Program-made: the position numbers and the translations under genes
Shown here: piece after piece, positions 61,150 to 64,000 of the stretch
How positions within the stretch are numbered: the first letter of the stretch is position 1
How the letters are laid out: every line of letters starts with the position of its first letter
The notes under the pieces: generated by a model
Seen by the model: only the letters and a program-made list of their open reading frames with translations
Databases searched by the model: none
What the model was told of the DNA's origin: nothing
NCBI GenBank assembly: GCA_017654855.1
Contig: CM030335.1
Span: forward strand, 496,001-560,000
Reading direction: 5' to 3'
Length of the DNA: 64,000 bases
Source of the DNA: Podospora anserina
Lineage: Eukaryota

Positions 61150-62556
61150 ACTAGTGTAGTTCCATTTTCCTAACTTCATAGACTTATAGACCGAGTTTGC
61201 TTTTAAAACACAGCCATAGATATCCTCGGCTGTTCCAGATGTACACCGTCGTATTAGTTGAAGGTCTATTAACTACAATCCAGTAGGTTATATCTTGTCT
61301 ATGCTGTATCACTCTCCTCTCGTTAACGCACAGCAGGCTACGATTGCCAAGCTCACGATTGCTCAAGGTTTATCTGTAGGCGCACCAGGAATTGGAGAGT
61401 AGGCGGTGAAGCTCTAGGTGCATGTGTGGGGTGATCTTGGTCTGTACATGTAGGCGTGAGGGGCGCAGTGCATGCGGCCCACGATGATTGGGAGGGACTG
61501 CAGCAGGTTGCGCGACATTACAGTCTAAGCCGGTTTATCCGCTCCCTCCGTCCCCTTTCGGCATTCATTTCGGAAGAGCCTCGAGATGCGATATGCACGA
61601 TGTTGTCCCGTGCTTCCCGCAGGACAACAAAGATAAGAGATACAACTCAGCGGCTTTCAAGTCGCAATGTGCTTCAATGAGAGAGCCATGTGATGTCAGG
61701 ACCTGTGGTACTTGTTGGGCCAACAGAAGCAGCTGCCAACGACATGTCCCACATATCTTCAAACATGAAGACTGAGGTTGGCTCAGAAACTGAAAACCAC
61801 GGGTAGACACCTAGGTTGCAAAGCCATGAAAAAGGGATCCCAATGGTCGATATCAGACATCTAAGTTTGTTTCGTATAGAGTCATGTGGGTTAGTCGATC
61901 GCATATATTTCTGCTTCCAGTGTTAGTTAACCAACATTACTTTACTTTCTCTGTGCCCCAGCTGGACCAATCACTTTCTTCTCTGTCTTAGCCGGTCCAT
62001 CGTCGGTGTTGGCGAAGACTGAAATGTAGCAACCGAAGTCGCTCCCACTCGAGAACAAATTCCCCGCACGTGCGGCTCAACTGTGAGTGGTAAACAGTTT
62101 TGATTGGGGACATGGAACGGGCGCCACCCCCTCCTTTTTGTTCGACGCAGTACGGTCCCCCCATAATCGACGCACAGCTTGACAGCAGAAGTCGGTGTGG
62201 CTTGGGGCTCCTGGTCGGTAGAGCGGGCTTAGATATGCGGGGTCCCAAGGTCGGCATACCAGGCCATAAGGCGCCCAACTTCGAGCCCAAAGCAGGTGGT
62301 TCGCGCACTTTGCTCGTTGCAAAGCCTCTCAAGCCAGCCAACCTGTCAACCACTTTCATCATCAAGAACGCCCAATCTTTTAGATACCCCGGCAAGTTCG
62401 TACGTTACCTCTGATCAGGCATCCTGCTCCATCCCTCATTGTTTCCTTCCCGATTGACAATCCTGGTGTGGATCATTGTCCACAGTACCATACTAAATAT
62501 TTCGACTGTGCCACACTGGCCACGTTGGTTTGTGCTGGGCTTTGAACTGAGAGGAG

Positions 62557-63729
62557 ATGCGGCCCCTCCGTCCCGGCTTATCTATCCGACCTCCCGCACA
62601 TCAGCCTCACTCGGCGTATGTCACAGACGGTAGTGAAGAAGATTCTGTCTACTATAGCGAGGACGAGGACGACCATCACGGGAGCCACTCCATGGTATAT
62701 GAGAGAGAACCAGCACCATACGGGCCTGGCCTTCCAAATACCCCATTACGTTCACCCAGTACAGAATACACAGCTTCAACCATCCCGCCGTCTCCCACTT
62801 ATCGCCTCCCACCGGCGGGGACACCCTTGTCCAGTCCAGGCTTTATGAGCGGATTCCCACCACGACCTCACCCAGGATACCGGCCGGGGCCGCCGCCACC
62901 TCCTCCTCCCCCGGCAGGTTATGGGAGACCACACATCCCATATCAGCAACCACAACCGTACCCGATTGCTTCTATGTGGGGAACATGGACTCTTCCTCCA
63001 GCCTATCCTCCTACACCCAACACCCCCTTCAACGAACCAAGAAGGCCTGTTCCCCATGCCCCAAACCTACCCAATAATCGTTGGATGCCACATCCCGATG
63101 AAGACCCCATCCCACACCGCCCTCACCGAAACCGGTCTCCCGGGCCTACACTACAGTTTCGACGCTCCCGGAGCAACATGCGAAAGCGCAGTTCGTCCGA
63201 GACCCGAAAGCCCCGTCCGCTAGACCCCCAAATAGCAGCGGCGTTAAAGGGGAAGGAGCATGAGAACATGGTCCTTCGAGAAGAACTCAAGAGGGCAAAG
63301 ACGAAAGAGGCCAAGAGGGAGGCCAAGGAAAAGGAGGCCGAGTTCCAAAGGTTAAAAGGTCTCGAGGAGGAGCTGAGAAGGTATAAATTGTTCGAACAAA
63401 AGAACCAGATGAAGCAGGAAATAAAGAACGAGATATATGCAGAGTTTCACCAGGGGATATCGACATCACCTACGACGTTGGCTGGTCAGCTGGGGCCTAG
63501 CTCTGGGTTCTCGTCGGAGGCGACACCGTCGTCTAATGCTTGGACGCAGGGGGGGTTGATTATTGGGCGACAGCCTGCTCCAAGGGCCATTGCAGGGGGG
63601 GTGTCTTTGGGTGATTACTTGTTTGATCGGTATGGGAATCCACAGCTGGAGGTGTACGCGAGGCCATTGGAGACACAAGATGTTGGTGTGAGGGGACGGC
63701 AACCAGGTCCCCACGTGCGGTTTCCATGA
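62557..63729 (+). CDS. Hypothetical Pro-rich protein with coiled coil
   Basis: 390-aa ATG-initiated ORF; Pro-rich N-terminal half, E/K-rich helix at ~63250-63440. Confidence 0.65.
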   Translation: MRPLRPGLSIRPPAHQPHSAYVTDGSEEDSVYYSEDEDDHHGSHSMVYEREPAPYGPGLPNTPLRSPSTEYTASTIPPSPTYRLPPAGTPLSSPGFMSGFPPRPHPGYRPGPPPPPPPPAGYGRPHIPYQQPQPYPIASMWGTWTLPPAYPPTPNTPFNEPRRPVPHAPNLPNNRWMPHPDEDPIPHRPHRNRSPGPTLQFRRSRSNMRKRSSSETRKPRPLDPQIAAALKGKEHENMVLREELKRAKTKEAKREAKEKEAEFQRLKGLEEELRRYKLFEQKNQMKQEIKNEIYAEFHQGISTSPTTLAGQLGPSSGFSSEATPSSNAWTQGGLIIGRQPAPRAIAGGVSLGDYLFDRYGNPQLEVYARPLETQDVGVRGRQPGPHVRFP

Positions 63730-64000
63730 TTGCGGATTGTGCTGTAGATATATTGTATGACTTTCATAGGGCAGGCACCCACATATTACGATAGTTTCCA
63801 TTAAGGGTGACAGTGATTGGCAATAACTGCCATCATGTGAGCCATTATCTGGACCACCATGATCCCTAGCCTACGAGACCTATCAATCAAATGAAAGACT
63901 TTCATGTCGTGTTGTTAAGACATTCCTCGAAAGCCCGTCCAGGGACATTCTAGAGTATCCGGCATACAACAACAATTATCTTAAGATTTGCATTGTTGTC

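Overview
Eukaryotic, intron-containing fungal DNA (GT-AG introns with CTRAC branch points). The abundance of HET-domain genes, the RIP-like relic and the Ste2-type receptor point to a Sordariomycete, plausibly Podospora or a relative; this is inference, not a database result. About 1-38 kb is accessory-type: an MFS transporter, a TauD-like dioxygenase, a methionine permease, an S28 peptidase, a methyltransferase, CE3 and IroE-like esterases, four HET-domain genes (two interrupted), an F-box pseudogene, a decayed island (5S rDNA 5' stub, coiled-coil relic, Spok-like nuclease relic, sirtuin relic) and three small secreted Cys-rich proteins. About 40-57 kb holds more conserved genes: IDO/BNA2, VPS23, a Nit amidase, the Ste2/PRE2 receptor and a bHLH factor. 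It is followed by an LTR-like/RIP relic and a HET pseudogene. There are three tRNA genes (Asp, Glu, Leu). The strongest novel signal is a 1075-codon minus-strand reading frame (44618-47845) broken by one in-frame UAG that sits in the loop of a hairpin resembling a tRNA anticodon arm. It is a candidate gene needing sexual-stage A-to-I (UAG->UGG) correction; two weaker UAG candidates occur in a HET gene and at the PRE2 stop. All identifications come from motif recognition by eye; no searches or folding programs were run.
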